A stretch of 64,000 nucleotides of DNA from Eukaryota sp. TZLM1-RC. Lineage: Eukaryota > Protista > Metamonada: BaSk clade. Where the stretch lies: the NCBI GenBank assembly GCA_040285825.1, contig JAUPSS010000002.1, positions 1,860,001 through 1,924,000 of the forward strand, written 5' to 3'. Shown here piece after piece: positions 22,800 through 35,200 of this stretch. The notes under the pieces are model-generated. The model was given only the letters and a program-made list of their open reading frames with translations. It had not been told where the DNA came from and did no database searches. A program made the position numbers and the translations under genes. Position 1 is the stretch's first letter, and each line of letters begins with the position of its first letter.

Positions 22800-24520
22800 T
22801 TTTTTGCAGCGGAAATATCTCTGTCATATACTATTTAACACTCAGTTCAAATAAGCATCTGCCATGAGCCTGCCTGAATATTCTCCGCCATGCAACAACT
22901 GGACAGTTTGCTTGTATTAATAAATTCACTGGTTGACAATTGCTTCACGTCCTTTTGATAACACAACCATTTTCTGAAAGCCCTTGCTGATCCATATCGA
23001 TTGATTTTTCGGCAATGAGAAGGGAAATTAGCAGAACCCACAGCAAGGTAGAGTTTTTCAGGATGTCCAGCCAGCCTTTGAAACTTGTTGAGACTCTTTC
23101 TGAACCGTCTCTCTTCTTGTCTGCGGTTATCAAATTTAATTATTTTCCATTTCTGGCGATTACTTTCCAAATACACTTTTCTCCTGACCAAATTCCAATG
23201 GTTCAAATATTGGTTGAAATTTTGAATGGAATATTGGTTGAAAGAGTCTTTACTGGGTGAAGGTTTTGTCATGTATCTTCTGCCAATTGGACAAGGGATA
23301 ACTCCACATTCATTATCAGTTAAGAAGTAACCACATAATCTAGATTGTCCTAGATCGACGCCAATAAGGGGCCTTTCAGGTGAAATTTCGACTGGATATC
23401 TACGTCTTCGACGCGGCTTTTTTGTGTCCTTCAACTGTGTTTCTCTGGTTTTGTTGGCATCAGGGTCAATTTTCATTTCTCTTTTCAATCTTCTTTTCTT
23501 CGGTGGTTCATCCAGCCCATCTGTGTTTTTTGTGTCATTATTTTTACCTTCAGAGGTCAAAAACAGTTCATTACCATTAGTTTTCAATAAAAAATTTTTG
23601 AAATCTATTTTTCAAACTTTTCTGTTGATATTAAATTTTTTGGTTAAGACATGTATTTTTGATGAACTTTGTGTTGGAAGATGATCCTTCAATAAGTGGG
23701 AATTTTTTCACAGAGTGGAACACATGTGAAGGTACCTCATGAAAATCAGAACCTTTATGAGAAGCTAAAGGTATTATTCTAAATTTCTTGCAGTAATGCA
23801 TATGAGAAAAGAAAGTGAGTAAGTACTGTGAAATTTTAAGATTAAAGAGAAAAAGCTCACCAATTTCTTTTGAAAAAAAAGGTGATTTTATCATTTGAAA
23901 TCAGAAGAAAAGCAGTGGAAGGAAATTTTTGCCGGAGATTCAAGATAAACTTACATGCATTTAATAAAAAAAATCTTTCTCTTGAATTATTCAGATTGAA
24001 ATTGATGTAGTGTTTGAGAACAGAATGAACAACTACTTCTTCGATTTGGGCTAAGGGTTCATCTGGTAAAAGAAAGAGAAAATAATTGGCACAGACATTC
24101 GTTTAACTAAAGCTCTACAATGAGCACGAATAAAGTTTTTTGTCCAGGATTGACAAATTTTAGGTAAACTTGTCTCAACGTTAGATGCCAATTGACGAGC
24201 CCGACAAGCAAGGTAAGGAGAAAGTCCTTTTCTATTGATAAAATTCAATTTCTGAGACTGCAGCCAATCATTGAGGACAAGATTGAATGAATTTCTACAA
24301 GACATTAAAAAATTTTCCCATGAAGAAAGAGACATATCTTGTGGGCATTCAGGAAGAAATCCACTGTAAAAAATATGGAGTAATTGGCGTTGGCCTTTGG
24401 AGGTGGATGGCTTTGGAAAAGAAGAGTGGTGACGACGGTCAGGAAAAGATACCATACATCTTGTTCCACTAAAGCTCTAGATGCCAACGGAAAATTTAGA
24501 AGAAAAGATTGAAGCAATAG
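22800..24520 (-). pseudogene. Fanzor family B, copy 3, truncated at both ends
   Basis: Close reverse complement of about 17730-19450; IGVDLG present. Confidence 0.88.
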
Positions 24521-25090
24521 AGAATTTAATATGACAACAGCTTTACCGCAGTAAAACTTCAGGAAGCTGCTCATTAATTTTTCCATTTTCAATTGCCGTA
24601 TTGAGGAAGTTCAAAGAACTATATTGTTTAAAAAAGTTGCAGGCTTTTGTCAGTCTCTTAAAAGAAGATCTGTCGTGCAAGACTTATGCCACTTGCTGAG
24701 CGTGCTTTAGATCAGGTTGACGATGCTGATGACCCCCATGCTCCTTTATCCAGAATGCCAAGAGTAGAAAACGATTTTGTCTCTCCGTCTGCAACTCAAT
24801 CCAATATTTCTAACGATGAAATAGTGAATGCAGTTCTTGCCCAGCGACAGTTATTTACATATGATAAACAATTTTATTTTTGAACTATTGGTCTAATATA
24901 TACTCAGACAAATATGGAGACTCATACAGCTGATAATCCATCCACCCACTATGATTGGAGAGAGCAGTACAATCGAACTTAAGCTGTGGTAAAACTGTTT
25001 GAATAATTTCAATAGAACTTTTGCCTTTGATTTGGTGAGAAGCATCAGGAATATCTTATTTTGAGTTTTTTATTTTATTTTTACTTTTTT

Positions 25091-25310
25091 GAGAAACTTT
25101 TGAGACCGATCTACAAATGCCTTAAGTAGTATTTGGTAGAACCACTTAGATAGATCAAGTCGCGAGGCTGTGTTCTGTGAAAGCAGTAGGTGTCTTTAAG
25201 TAAGGTAGCCCATTGATGAAGATCATGATTGTCTTTGTCAAATGACGCTACATGTCTCTTACAACCTGTGAGTAGACATTGATAAAGTTGAAAACAGGAG
25301 TGAATTCACA
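25091..25310 (+). ncRNA. Third copy of the family B structured terminus, not preceded by a co-oriented Fanzor ORF
   Basis: Same stems as 6938-7185; terminal hairpin collapsed to gtgaattcac. Confidence 0.55.
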
Positions 25311-25333
25311 AGAACCATTCATTCATTCAATTC

Positions 25334-26311
25334 ATGAGTTTCTCCTTTGGTATTATACTCATCATTACTGTGGTTTTTATCTGGACAACTTCTTCCAATG
25401 TCATAAACTACATTTTCAACGACTCTAATTTCCCTCATCCTTTTTTCCTCACATGGTTCAACACTAGTTTATTTGTTCTTTGGCTTATACACCCTCTGAG
25501 TAAGTGTCTCCTTGCCAAAGTAAAAAAAACATGTGATAGTGCTTCACTTCTTGATCAATCTGCTTCCATTCCAGTGACATCATTTTGGAACACATATCTG
25601 AAAGCCCTGCTCTTCTCTCCACTCTGGATTCTGGCAAATTATTTCTTCAATCTTTCTCTTGTTTCCACATCTGTTTCTTCTAACACAATTCTCTCATCTA
25701 CGTCCTCTCTATTCACACTTCTTTTTGCATCATTGTTAGGGAAAGTAAAGTTCACTCTGTCCCGTTTACTGTGTGTCACTCTCTCTATTACAGGCGTTGC
25801 TTTGGTTTCTTTTAACGATTTTATCTCTGAGGAATCTCAATTACTTGGTGATGTTTTTGCAATTATTTCTGCCCTTTTCTATGGTCTTTATACAGCTGCA
25901 CTGTCAGTCATTCTTTCGCCCAAACCCACCAAAACTTCATTGTCTTTATTCTGGGGTCTGGTTGGTCTCAATAACCTTGTTCTATTTGCCCCCTTTCTAT
26001 TTTTGTTTAATCTTGTGGGTTTAGAAACCTTCAAATTTCCTTCCCCATCAATATTATTAGTATTAACCTTGAATGCTTTAGTGGGAACGGTCTTGAGTGA
26101 TTTAATCTGGAGTTGGTCAGTCGTGTTGACTTCACCATTGATCTCTTCTCTTGGAATGTCGTTGACTATTCCGTTAGCTGTCATCGTGGATGTTGTGAGA
26201 GGCAAAATTCACTTGTACTTAGCATATGTTATTGGTACTTTTGTAATCTTGTTTTCATTTTACTTGGCTACTGCGATAAACTTTAAAAGCAGTTCTGAAA
26301 AGAATAAGTAA
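25334..26311 (+). CDS. SLC35F5-like drug/metabolite (EamA) transporter
   Basis: About ten TM helices; PFFLTWFNTSLF, TSVSSNTILSSTSSLFT, LGMSLTIPLA. Confidence 0.88.
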   Translation: MSFSFGIILIITVVFIWTTSSNVINYIFNDSNFPHPFFLTWFNTSLFVLWLIHPLSKCLLAKVKKTCDSASLLDQSASIPVTSFWNTYLKALLFSPLWILANYFFNLSLVSTSVSSNTILSSTSSLFTLLFASLLGKVKFTLSRLLCVTLSITGVALVSFNDFISEESQLLGDVFAIISALFYGLYTAALSVILSPKPTKTSLSLFWGLVGLNNLVLFAPFLFLFNLVGLETFKFPSPSILLVLTLNALVGTVLSDLIWSWSVVLTSPLISSLGMSLTIPLAVIVDVVRGKIHLYLAYVIGTFVILFSFYLATAINFKSSSEKNK

Positions 26312-26509
26312 TTTTGTATTTCAAATGTCTAGTTCATTTATTTCTGAATGATTTTCCCATTAATGTTTTGAAGTGGGTGCGTGGCCCTATGTCTGCTATC
26401 TTGTTTGAAAATATTATTTTCAAAATTAAGTTCAGCATAATGTATAATAAAATTCCTTTTAATTCATGGTTTTTATATAATAAAGCTTGAGAAATGAATA
26501 CAAACAGCA

Positions 26510-27091
26510 CTATCCCATCAAAGTCAAATCTTGCTTTGCTTCATTTATCCTTGATCTAATTCCATCGTTGCTCAACAAAACTGGGTCAGTATCGAGCTTT
26601 AGAGCCTCAACTCGGGCAACCTCGAGTTCCTTTTGAATAGCATCAGTAACGTACAGTTGCTCTTGTGGAGTTAGAGATTCTTGACGAAGCATTCGTATAA
26701 GTGCGTGAATAGCACCTTCAGAGATGGGAGATATAAACCGCGGAACAATGGAAGGGGCAAATTGTTGTGTGGGTGCCTGTGAAGCAGGGGGAGGTGTCTT
26801 TTTAGTTTTTGGTTGACTGCTCCGTTTGGGAGCAGATTCCCTTGTCCGTGGAGCTGGACTCGAAAGAGAAAGTGTGATGAGGTCCTCGTCACCAGTGAGG
26901 TTTGCTATTTCCACGCGAGACACTTCTGGTGGAATGTTAAGATAATCTGCGACTATTTGAACAAGGGAAACCTTTTCTGTACTCCAGTCTCCTTGTGAGT
27001 GAAAGGCATCAAGAACCTTCACAAAAGCATCATATTCTTTATGTTGTATTTGGTCACGAGACCTTCTTGACCCAGTTCGTGGTCGAGACAT
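26510..27091 (-). CDS. ENT (EMSY N-terminal) domain protein
   Basis: EYDAFVKVLDAFHSQGDWSTEK...YLNIPPE resembles the ENT consensus. Confidence 0.65.
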   Translation of the reverse strand: MSRPRTGSRRSRDQIQHKEYDAFVKVLDAFHSQGDWSTEKVSLVQIVADYLNIPPEVSRVEIANLTGDEDLITLSLSSPAPRTRESAPKRSSQPKTKKTPPPASQAPTQQFAPSIVPRFISPISEGAIHALIRMLRQESLTPQEQLYVTDAIQKELEVARVEALKLDTDPVLLSNDGIRSRINEAKQDLTLMG

Positions 27092-27801
27092 TTGGAATTT
27101 TGGAATGATGTTTTTGTTTAATACACGAATTGAATATAGAACAATTCACAACAATATCTGCGGAGAAGTTGACATCTCACCAATAGCTTAACTCATCCGT
27201 ACGAGAACTGTTCGCGTATGACAATTTCCAACTTTTTTTGACAACTTTTACTAATCTTGATCATATAATCAAGTGAAAATTATCCCATAGAATACATCAT
27301 ATAACAGGAGGGCACAACATTTAAGTTCTGTAGTTCCTGTTCCCCAGAAAATTCTTGAGGCTATTAATGAATCGTGTAAATTGTTAACCAATGCTGCATT
27401 GTTATTTTTTAGATAAATTTAAGTAGCCCAACTAAATTCAGTTGAACTCAATGGAGCAATTGTTTCTGAGCTACAGTGTCAATAGATGATACCAAAAAAT
27501 TGTTGACTATGAAATTAAAGTAAATAATTAAAGCTAATGATCAATTATAAGAGAATTTCTGAGCTGAATTTTCAACGACTTACTGATTGTGTATTTATTG
27601 TTGTCTTCCACAAGGTTCTTCACAAGTCATACGTTGTGCATTGAAGAAATTTGTGACTATGGTAATTATAGAATAATCGTATTATCATCTAAAATCTGAT
27701 CTGATGGGTGATCTGGCAGCTCAACAGATATAGTGTGACGTTTCTGAATGAGTGTTGTGATACCAGTGATATCTTTTGATATCCTTTCTTCCTTACCTCT
27801 C

Positions 27802-28504
27802 AATGTGGAAGTTTTGGCTGTCGATTTTAGCTGGCATATTGCTGGTGAATGGTGCAGTGATTACTATTTTTTTCGTGTTCATTCCTAATATCTTTCCTTT
27901 CTGGTTCTTCATTCTCTTAACTAGCATCTCTATATGGGGAATATTCTTTGTTTTATCGTGGAGAGGTGTTTCTGCTACAAAAAGATATATTTTTGTAAAC
28001 TCTATTATTCTAATATATGGAACACTAATTCTTTTATGGATATGGATATTTACAACCCTTCAACTTTATAGCCCTGCTTATCCCTGGTTCTTGTGGTTTC
28101 CCATTATTTTTGGCACTTTTTTGCTTTTTTGGTTTTCAAGAGGACGACTCAAGAAAAAGAAGCAAACAAGACGTCCCGTAGCAACCAAAAACGCTGCAGC
28201 AAGATCAATAAATTACTCGAGGGTTGTTGCCACCCCACGGTTCCAGACTAAAGATGTTCTTCCTGAAACAACAAAAGTTAAAGAACCTTCTGTAGTTAAA
28301 AGAATGACAATGAAAAAGGCTGTTCCTGCTCCAAAGATTCCTACACAGTTTCTGGAAAAGATGACACCATTGCCAAAAAGTTCCAAGAAACCATCCTTAC
28401 AGGCTTCTCCCATGATTAGAAAGACTGAAAGTCCATCCACCCTGCCTCCACTACCAGCTAAGAAGAAAGAGTTTGTCGATAAGGAAGCATTGGAGCCTGT
28501 TTAA
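27802..28504 (+). CDS. Hypothetical membrane protein (about four TM segments and a basic Pro-rich tail)
   Basis: Hydrophobic N-terminal half; first ATG at MWKFW. Confidence 0.65.
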
Positions 28505-28720
28505 ATGTAGATGTAGTAATTTCTTTGTGTTTATAATTTATAATTGATTGTGTTTTAAACTGTGAGATTTTGAACAAGATTGAATTGATGTCTTGCTGAT
28601 AAATGTGTATTTGCTAGTTCACCTATTTCTGAACATCTAATAATGTTACCCTCATGGAGTCAAAGTGAGACAATAGATGGGGAGTTAGCCATGTCTGTTC
28701 GTAAATTGTTCAATAAATAG

Positions 28721-29457
28721 TAGGGCTGTCCAAGTTCAGTTCAGTTCAGTTCAGTTCGGAAAATTTTTTGGAACCTGAACTGAACTGAACCACTGTCCCT
28801 ATGAACCTGAACTGAACTGAACCTAATAAGACTGAACCTGAACTGAACTGAACTGAACTGAACCAGTTCCGAACCGGTATTATAAAAGAATAGTATTTTT
28901 TAAAAAAATTTATTATGAAAACAATACAAACTAGTTTCCTCAATATCTTCTCCATTCCTTTAGAGAGACTAATGCCTCAACACTATCATCACACAATGAG
29001 GCTCTGTATTCAGTAACCGTGCGACCAGCCGAGCTAAACAACTGTTCACATGCGACGGAGGTAGCTTGAAAAGAAAGATAATCCTTTGCAAGAGAAGACA
29101 AAATTGGAAATCTGTTCACATTATATTTCCACCACTGAAGAGGGTCATCAAATTGACAAAGTGGCTCTTCTGCCATGAAACGACAAAAGCCAAATGCAAA
29201 ATATAAACTTTGATTTGACAGTTTGAAAAACCAAATTAAACAAAAATTGAGCATACATTTATTAATTACTGGATAATTTATATTTATTTTATGTCATTGC
29301 AATAACTGAATACAAGTTATAAACAATGGTAGGAAAACTATATGAGACATTGGGTGAACTGGTTCAGATCCAGTTCAAACTAGTTTGGAACCTGAACCTG
29401 TCATTCTTGAACCTGAACTGAACTGAACCGGAATTTCTCTGAACCTGGACAGTCCTA
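28721..29457 (-). mobile_element. Second non-autonomous hAT element (different family)
   Basis: TIR tagggctgtcca/tggacagtccta, 8-bp TSD ataaatag (28713-28720, 29458-29465), subterminal (gaact)n arrays, hATC remnant PLQWWK...SVACEQLFSSAG at 28940-29180. Confidence 0.95.
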
Positions 29458-29575
29458 ATAAATAGCAATGTTGAAATCAAGTTTTGAAAAGTCCAACTTG
29501 ATTCATTTCATCTTCATATTCCAGTAATCTCAACGGACGGGTTACTACTATTTGACATTTTTCTGCTATTAGCCG

Positions 29576-30991
29576 ATGTCCAGCTCCAAACCTGGTTCTA
29601 AGGACTTTTGTCCTGCCAGGATTCGCAACGCTTTACAGTCTAGCTTGGATGAAAACTCCCTTCTGGAATGCTCTTCTTCTATCAAAAATCTTCTCCTACC
29701 CTTTTTCCAAGCCGCTTATGATTGTAAGCTTCTCTCTGCTCTTTCTGCTACAAAGCCAAACTCAGATAACGAAATACTGGAAGAAGTAGAATACGAGTAT
29801 GACTATGTAACTGAAGAAGACACTGACCCTGAACCTGACTCAGAAGTTGATGATGCATCAGTTTCCTTTGCTGACATCACTCCACGTGAAGTCTCGACCC
29901 CAATGGAACCACGCACTGTTTGCCTCCAAACTGATGTTTCCAAAATACCGCGTGACCAACTTTTTTTAGCTTATCTTCCCCCCAGTTGGTTCTTCCATTC
30001 CTTTGCTGAAATGGTTCTTGCTTGTTTAAGGTTCTATCACAGTCCCGTGTCTTATGAATTCATTGAACAATCCACTAAGAATGTTGAATTGATCAATCAG
30101 TCAAAGAACAGTGCAGATAAGGCCCACAAAGTAACTACAACGTGGCGAAAATACATTAAGAGTGCACTAGAAAAATACTCTCCTTGGTTAATTTACCACA
30201 ACCCAGTTGATAAGACATTTAGACTTACCAGGAGAGGGAAGGAGGCCCTCACTAGCATTGGGGCTAATCATTCTTCTATAGAAGGACTTGAGTTTGTTAA
30301 GAAGTTCTCGAAGAATAGGAAGGTGATCTATCCCGAAAGACATTTACCATCAAATTTTGTCTATCAAACAGTTTATGACTTTTTGAACGAGGAACCCCCG
30401 ATAGAACCTCCAACTCCTGAGAGAAAACCAAGAGAGAAAAAGGCCAGGAAGAAGGAGGTTAAAGTAGAACAGACACCGGAAGGTCATAAAGATGACGTCA
30501 AGACAACATCAGTCAAGAAACAATCAATCAAAGTCAAGAGTGAGGTTCTACTCAGTACTTCTGCTGCTTCTATCAAACGTTCTTGTTTGCGCCTGAGGAG
30601 ATCTTCTGAAGTCAAGCCCACTTGCCTTTCCCCAACACCTGTCCCTGCTTTGAAAAGGCCTCGTAGATGTACACGAAATAAAGATACCCCAAGTGTGGAA
30701 AACAAGAAGGAACCGGAAGTTTTGATTAAAGATCAATGTTTTGATCGGGTTTTTGATGTTCCATTTATTAAAAAGTTTCTGAGGGATTTGGAACCATGTT
30801 TTTTGGAAGAATTAAACCGGTTTTTGCCAAAAGTTGACTCTGTTTTGAGTGATGGTGGACAACAGTTACTTTTTAAAGCTAATCGTTACCTGAAATTGAC
30901 AATGAAAGATCTGCCAGAATCCTTTTTCAATAATATTATAGATAAAGTCAATAGGAGTCAAGACGAAAATGACCCTGAAGTTGAATTGTGA
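29576..30991 (+). CDS. Hypothetical protein (471 aa), acidic patch and Lys-rich region
   Basis: Long ORF; no confident domain. Confidence 0.75.
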   Translation: MSSSKPGSKDFCPARIRNALQSSLDENSLLECSSSIKNLLLPFFQAAYDCKLLSALSATKPNSDNEILEEVEYEYDYVTEEDTDPEPDSEVDDASVSFADITPREVSTPMEPRTVCLQTDVSKIPRDQLFLAYLPPSWFFHSFAEMVLACLRFYHSPVSYEFIEQSTKNVELINQSKNSADKAHKVTTTWRKYIKSALEKYSPWLIYHNPVDKTFRLTRRGKEALTSIGANHSSIEGLEFVKKFSKNRKVIYPERHLPSNFVYQTVYDFLNEEPPIEPPTPERKPREKKARKKEVKVEQTPEGHKDDVKTTSVKKQSIKVKSEVLLSTSAASIKRSCLRLRRSSEVKPTCLSPTPVPALKRPRRCTRNKDTPSVENKKEPEVLIKDQCFDRVFDVPFIKKFLRDLEPCFLEELNRFLPKVDSVLSDGGQQLLFKANRYLKLTMKDLPESFFNNIIDKVNRSQDENDPEVEL

Positions 30992-31132
30992 TTGTGATTG
31001 ATTGGAATGTTTTGACAAACAAGACATTGGTATTTCATTGTATCTTTTATTAATTTGTCTTATTTTTCAAGAGTTAGACTGTAAATATAAATTATTAACA
31101 AAAAACAATAAATTTGTTTATACAACTTCAAA

Positions 31133-31975
31133 TTAATTATTTACGCCACCATAGTAATTGGTAATTTTGTTGTCACCCTCATTGTTCATCATTTTGGGTT
31201 GCTTTATAACATTACAACTAGCTCTTCTTCGTTTTCGAACTTTGACCTCTGAAGAAGCGGAAACCTGACTGACACGATTGGGAACCAGTTCAAAATCATC
31301 CAGACAATCATCGTCAACATCAATAACTTCAATAGATTGATCTAACGATTTTTGATCTTCTTGAAGTTGCATTTGTGGGACCATGGAGAGACTTTTTGGT
31401 CTTATGGTGGACCTTTTCCTCCCATGCTTGTACTGCTTGAGATGAGATTTCAGTAGTTTGTTTTCATCATTGGCATTTTTTAGCATTGAAGCCAATGTCA
31501 TGGGATTCTTCCTGGCTAAATATTCTACTTCACACTTATCCAGACCAAAGTTCTTCTTCGTGGAAGTTGCGGTGAGTGCGGACTCAGTGAATTGAAGATT
31601 CTCCTGTAATTCGGTTAATAGTGATTGTAGTTGCTGTATCTTAGTTGTTTGGTGGTTTAAAGTGAGTTCTAGTTCACTTTTTAACATAGACTGATGTTTC
31701 TGTTGTGCAATAACATCTTTCAGTTGATTCTCTAGAAGTTCTACATTTTGCTGCAGCTCTACAGACGCTGCTTCTGATTCTGAAGGAGAAAGAAAGAGAT
31801 GAACAGACCGAGTACAATGCATCCTACAACAGGGACACATTTTCTTATACATCAACCATTTATCGAGACAAGATTCATGTGAGACATGGCCACAGTGACA
31901 GTCAGGAACTGCAAGTTCGCCAGAGTGTAGGGATTCATGACAAATCACACAGACAGATGGTTGTTCGTCAACCAT
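31133..31975 (-). CDS. RING-H2 E3 ligase with coiled coil (TRAIP-like architecture)
   Basis: CVIC...CGHVSHESC...W...CPCCR followed by heptad repeats. Confidence 0.8.
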   Translation of the reverse strand: MVDEQPSVCVICHESLHSGELAVPDCHCGHVSHESCLDKWLMYKKMCPCCRMHCTRSVHLFLSPSESEAASVELQQNVELLENQLKDVIAQQKHQSMLKSELELTLNHQTTKIQQLQSLLTELQENLQFTESALTATSTKKNFGLDKCEVEYLARKNPMTLASMLKNANDENKLLKSHLKQYKHGRKRSTIRPKSLSMVPQMQLQEDQKSLDQSIEVIDVDDDCLDDFELVPNRVSQVSASSEVKVRKRRRASCNVIKQPKMMNNEGDNKITNYYGGVNN

Positions 31976-32264
31976 TATCACAGGACATTATCAGAATTGT
32001 TTTGGAGACAGCAAAGACAATTGCGAATAGCACGACATTTCGTGTAGGATATTTCTCCCTCAAAATCCAGTGAAATTGTCCTTGTGAAATCGAGCAACCA
32101 TGAAATAAATCGAAAACCATTTGAAAGTTGGGTATGAGTATTGACTCAAATGACAGCGCAAATACTATGCTTTCATTTCTTAAGGCGTCAAGTGTATTAA
32201 AGAATTACTATAGAATTTGGTGTCAAGTGAAAAATTCAATTAATGAGCTCATTCTTCTCACTGC

Positions 32265-35200
32265 ATGTCAGACGCGCTCCATGGACCGAAGATGATTCAG
32301 GATTATATGGATTCCACTGTCACATCACAAACAACTTTCTTGGCACGTCGCATCAGCCCTCTTATTTTTTAGGGGATTTCTTCATGAGGATTTTTGCTCA
32401 CAATTGATCAATTGTGGCAACGAAGAAAACACTTTGATTCTTCTACCCTATAATGATGCATTTCATCATTCAAATTTGATTGCATCTGTTGACGAACAAA
32501 TTACTATTGGGCAACAATGGGTATTTGTTGCATTCTGGGTCAAATCCAGTACAGTAAAAGTTTTTGTTTTTGATAGTGTTCGTCATAATGAAGAACAACA
32601 TCAAAAAATTAATTCAATCAATTTTGAAAAACTTGGAATCAATATCAGTTAGAATTGATCTGAATTTTTTGAATCCAATTTAAATGATTGTGGAATATTC
32701 ACCATATTGTTTGCAAAAAGAATGATCAATTTGTTTTTGTCAAATCAGTTCAATTCAATTGATTCAGCTAAAGTTAAACATTTTGTCAATCAAGACAAAA
32801 GATGTTTTCATAGCTGTGTTGACAATGAACGAAAATCATTTGAGACACAGAAATGCTCCTCTGTACATAAAACCATCAGAAAAAGACGAGCCGATGTATT
32901 GAGCACACCTTTGAAACGTGTAAAAACACTGTTCAATGAGAATCCGATGATTCGAATAGATACCCTTAATGACACCATCAAATGTCAAAACACAATTTAC
33001 GCTCAGGATTTTATATTTCAAAATTGAAACTTTGGTGATGGGTAAAAAGATAAGTGATGAGGTTAAAATATTTGTTATTTCTGCAAAAGAACATTCCATC
33101 TCTTACTGTCAATCTACAACAAAGATTGTTGCAAATTCTGTTTCTCATATTTTTACTCGAGAACAGATTGAATGGAATCTTGGTTTTTGTGATCTTGTAG
33201 AAAAGTTAACAAGCAGAAATGAGCATTATTGTAAAGTTGATGATAAAAATATCAATTTATATCATTATTCCTCTGAAAAGTAATTACAAAATTCATTTAA
33301 ACAATTATTAGAAACTTACAATCCACATTTGATATGAAAATTATCAAGTGTGCTGAAAAAATCAATATTCTGAATTCCAAGTCACATACTCAATACCTTC
33401 TTTGTCCTTTTGCTTTTTCTCTATTTAGAACCTTGGGTAAAACTGCGTTATCATTCTTGGACGATTTTTCGTCTATTGTCACAAACAGAACTGGAACAAT
33501 ATTTGACCGAACCTTTTGGCCAAATAGAATTGTTTTTTCTATTTTTAAAGGAAAGCATAGCCCTGTTTCTAGCTCGTTGTTATCACTAGGAAAATTTCAT
33601 GAAGAAATCGCTCCAGTTAAATTTCCAATGGTAGATGTGGAGTTTGAGGAAATTGATTTTTAGTTTTTAACAATATCTTTTGAATTAAATAAGTTTTTTT
33701 TTAAAAATCATATAATATGTGGTTTTAGTATCGTCAAACTTGACATTCCACATATTATTAAACGTTCTGAAAATGAGAACTTTTTCAAGGGTGAAATCGA
33801 TGCTAGTGAATGGATTGAAAACAATAATTAAGATTTAATAGAATTGAATCACAACACTTGAACCCTTTAATTACTGGTCGATTTTTTGTTGATACTTGTA
33901 GTATTTAGACAAATTATTATCAACCACGCAAATTAAAAACAGTTTCTAAAATGTTATTAGGGGAAAGTAAAATTGACTTTAATCCTCAGTTTATTGCAAA
34001 GTTGTAGAAAGTTCATGAAGATGATCCCTTTTCAGATTTCTCCTTATTCCCTGAAAAGAAGTGCAGTTGCAGTTCATTGTCTGAGGGATACAGATTTAAC
34101 CATGAGATTATTTAATTTCTTTGACAATGACGAATTCATGGAAACTGTTAAACATAAACCTTATGAGGTTAAAAGGACGGTTTAAAAAATGTCATCAGAG
34201 ATCCGAAAATGATTGACGTGATCAATGAGGTAGTAATTAGGTGCCAGGAAATTTCTATTGTTGGTTTAGAATTCATTTGTGGTTATTATTTGCATCTTTT
34301 TGACTTACACCCTAATGATATTTTTTCGTGATGCTTTTCTTGTGGTCAAGTCTCAAAGTGATCAAGAAAGTTCTTAACCCAAAGACAAAAACACGTCGTC
34401 TACTAGTTCGCTTTTGATTAATAGTCAAATCCCTTATTTTCTTCCCACCAATTCTAAAAGGGAAAAAGATTCAAAGTTTGATTTTTCGTCAAAATCAAAT
34501 TTGTATTTCAGAGCAGTGTTGTATATTAATAATTTTTTTGAAGATGAGCAGAGCAAGCTATTTCATGCTCTGGCTTTGAAGAATTCTTGTATTACCTCCT
34601 ATATCAGAATTGACAAGACAAGTTTATTAACCTTGTTCTTTGGTGAATACAAGGACATTTTTGGTCAAAGGTCGTCCTACCAATGGAATAATCAAGCTGC
34701 TGATTTGGTTTTGTGGAATATTTTTTTTGAAAAAGGACGAGATTAAAAACACGAAGCTTTATTCAGAAAGTTCAAAGTACATCATGTCTAGTATTGAGAG
34801 TGATGGAATAGCAGTATCACTCATTCAATCTAGGATGGAGTTGAAACAATACAAGGTAACTGCAAAAGAATTGGAAGATAAAGAAAAATATCTTGATGAC
34901 CCCAGCATTAGTCTTCCTGAATTTCAAGATATGAACCTTGCTGCTGCTGATCCAGGGAAATCTGATCTACTCTATTTTTCTGCCAATTTAGCTACTGGAA
35001 TAACACAATCAACAATACCTGAGAGAGATAAATATGTTCATTTCAGACACACTCAAAATCAACGAAGATTTGAGTCGAAAATTTCTGAATTGAAAAGAAT
35101 AAGAGACAGTATTTGGAATGACCCTCTTATTACAATAAGTAACTCTACTGGAAGAGTGATTGATCAATCCAATTATAAACCATCTGAAGAGCAACAACAA

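Noticed and set aside
28733-28870. Regular (gttca)n/(gaact)n and tcgagt arrays as CRISPR-like repeats
   Set aside because: No unique spacers; they are subterminal transposase-binding repeats inside hAT TIRs.
32265-34100. Polinton/Maverick or viral PolB gene (protease plus PolB exonuclease)
   Set aside because: No polymerase palm (SLYP, YxDTD), integrase, ATPase, capsid or long TIRs; the exonuclease leads directly into Fanzor.
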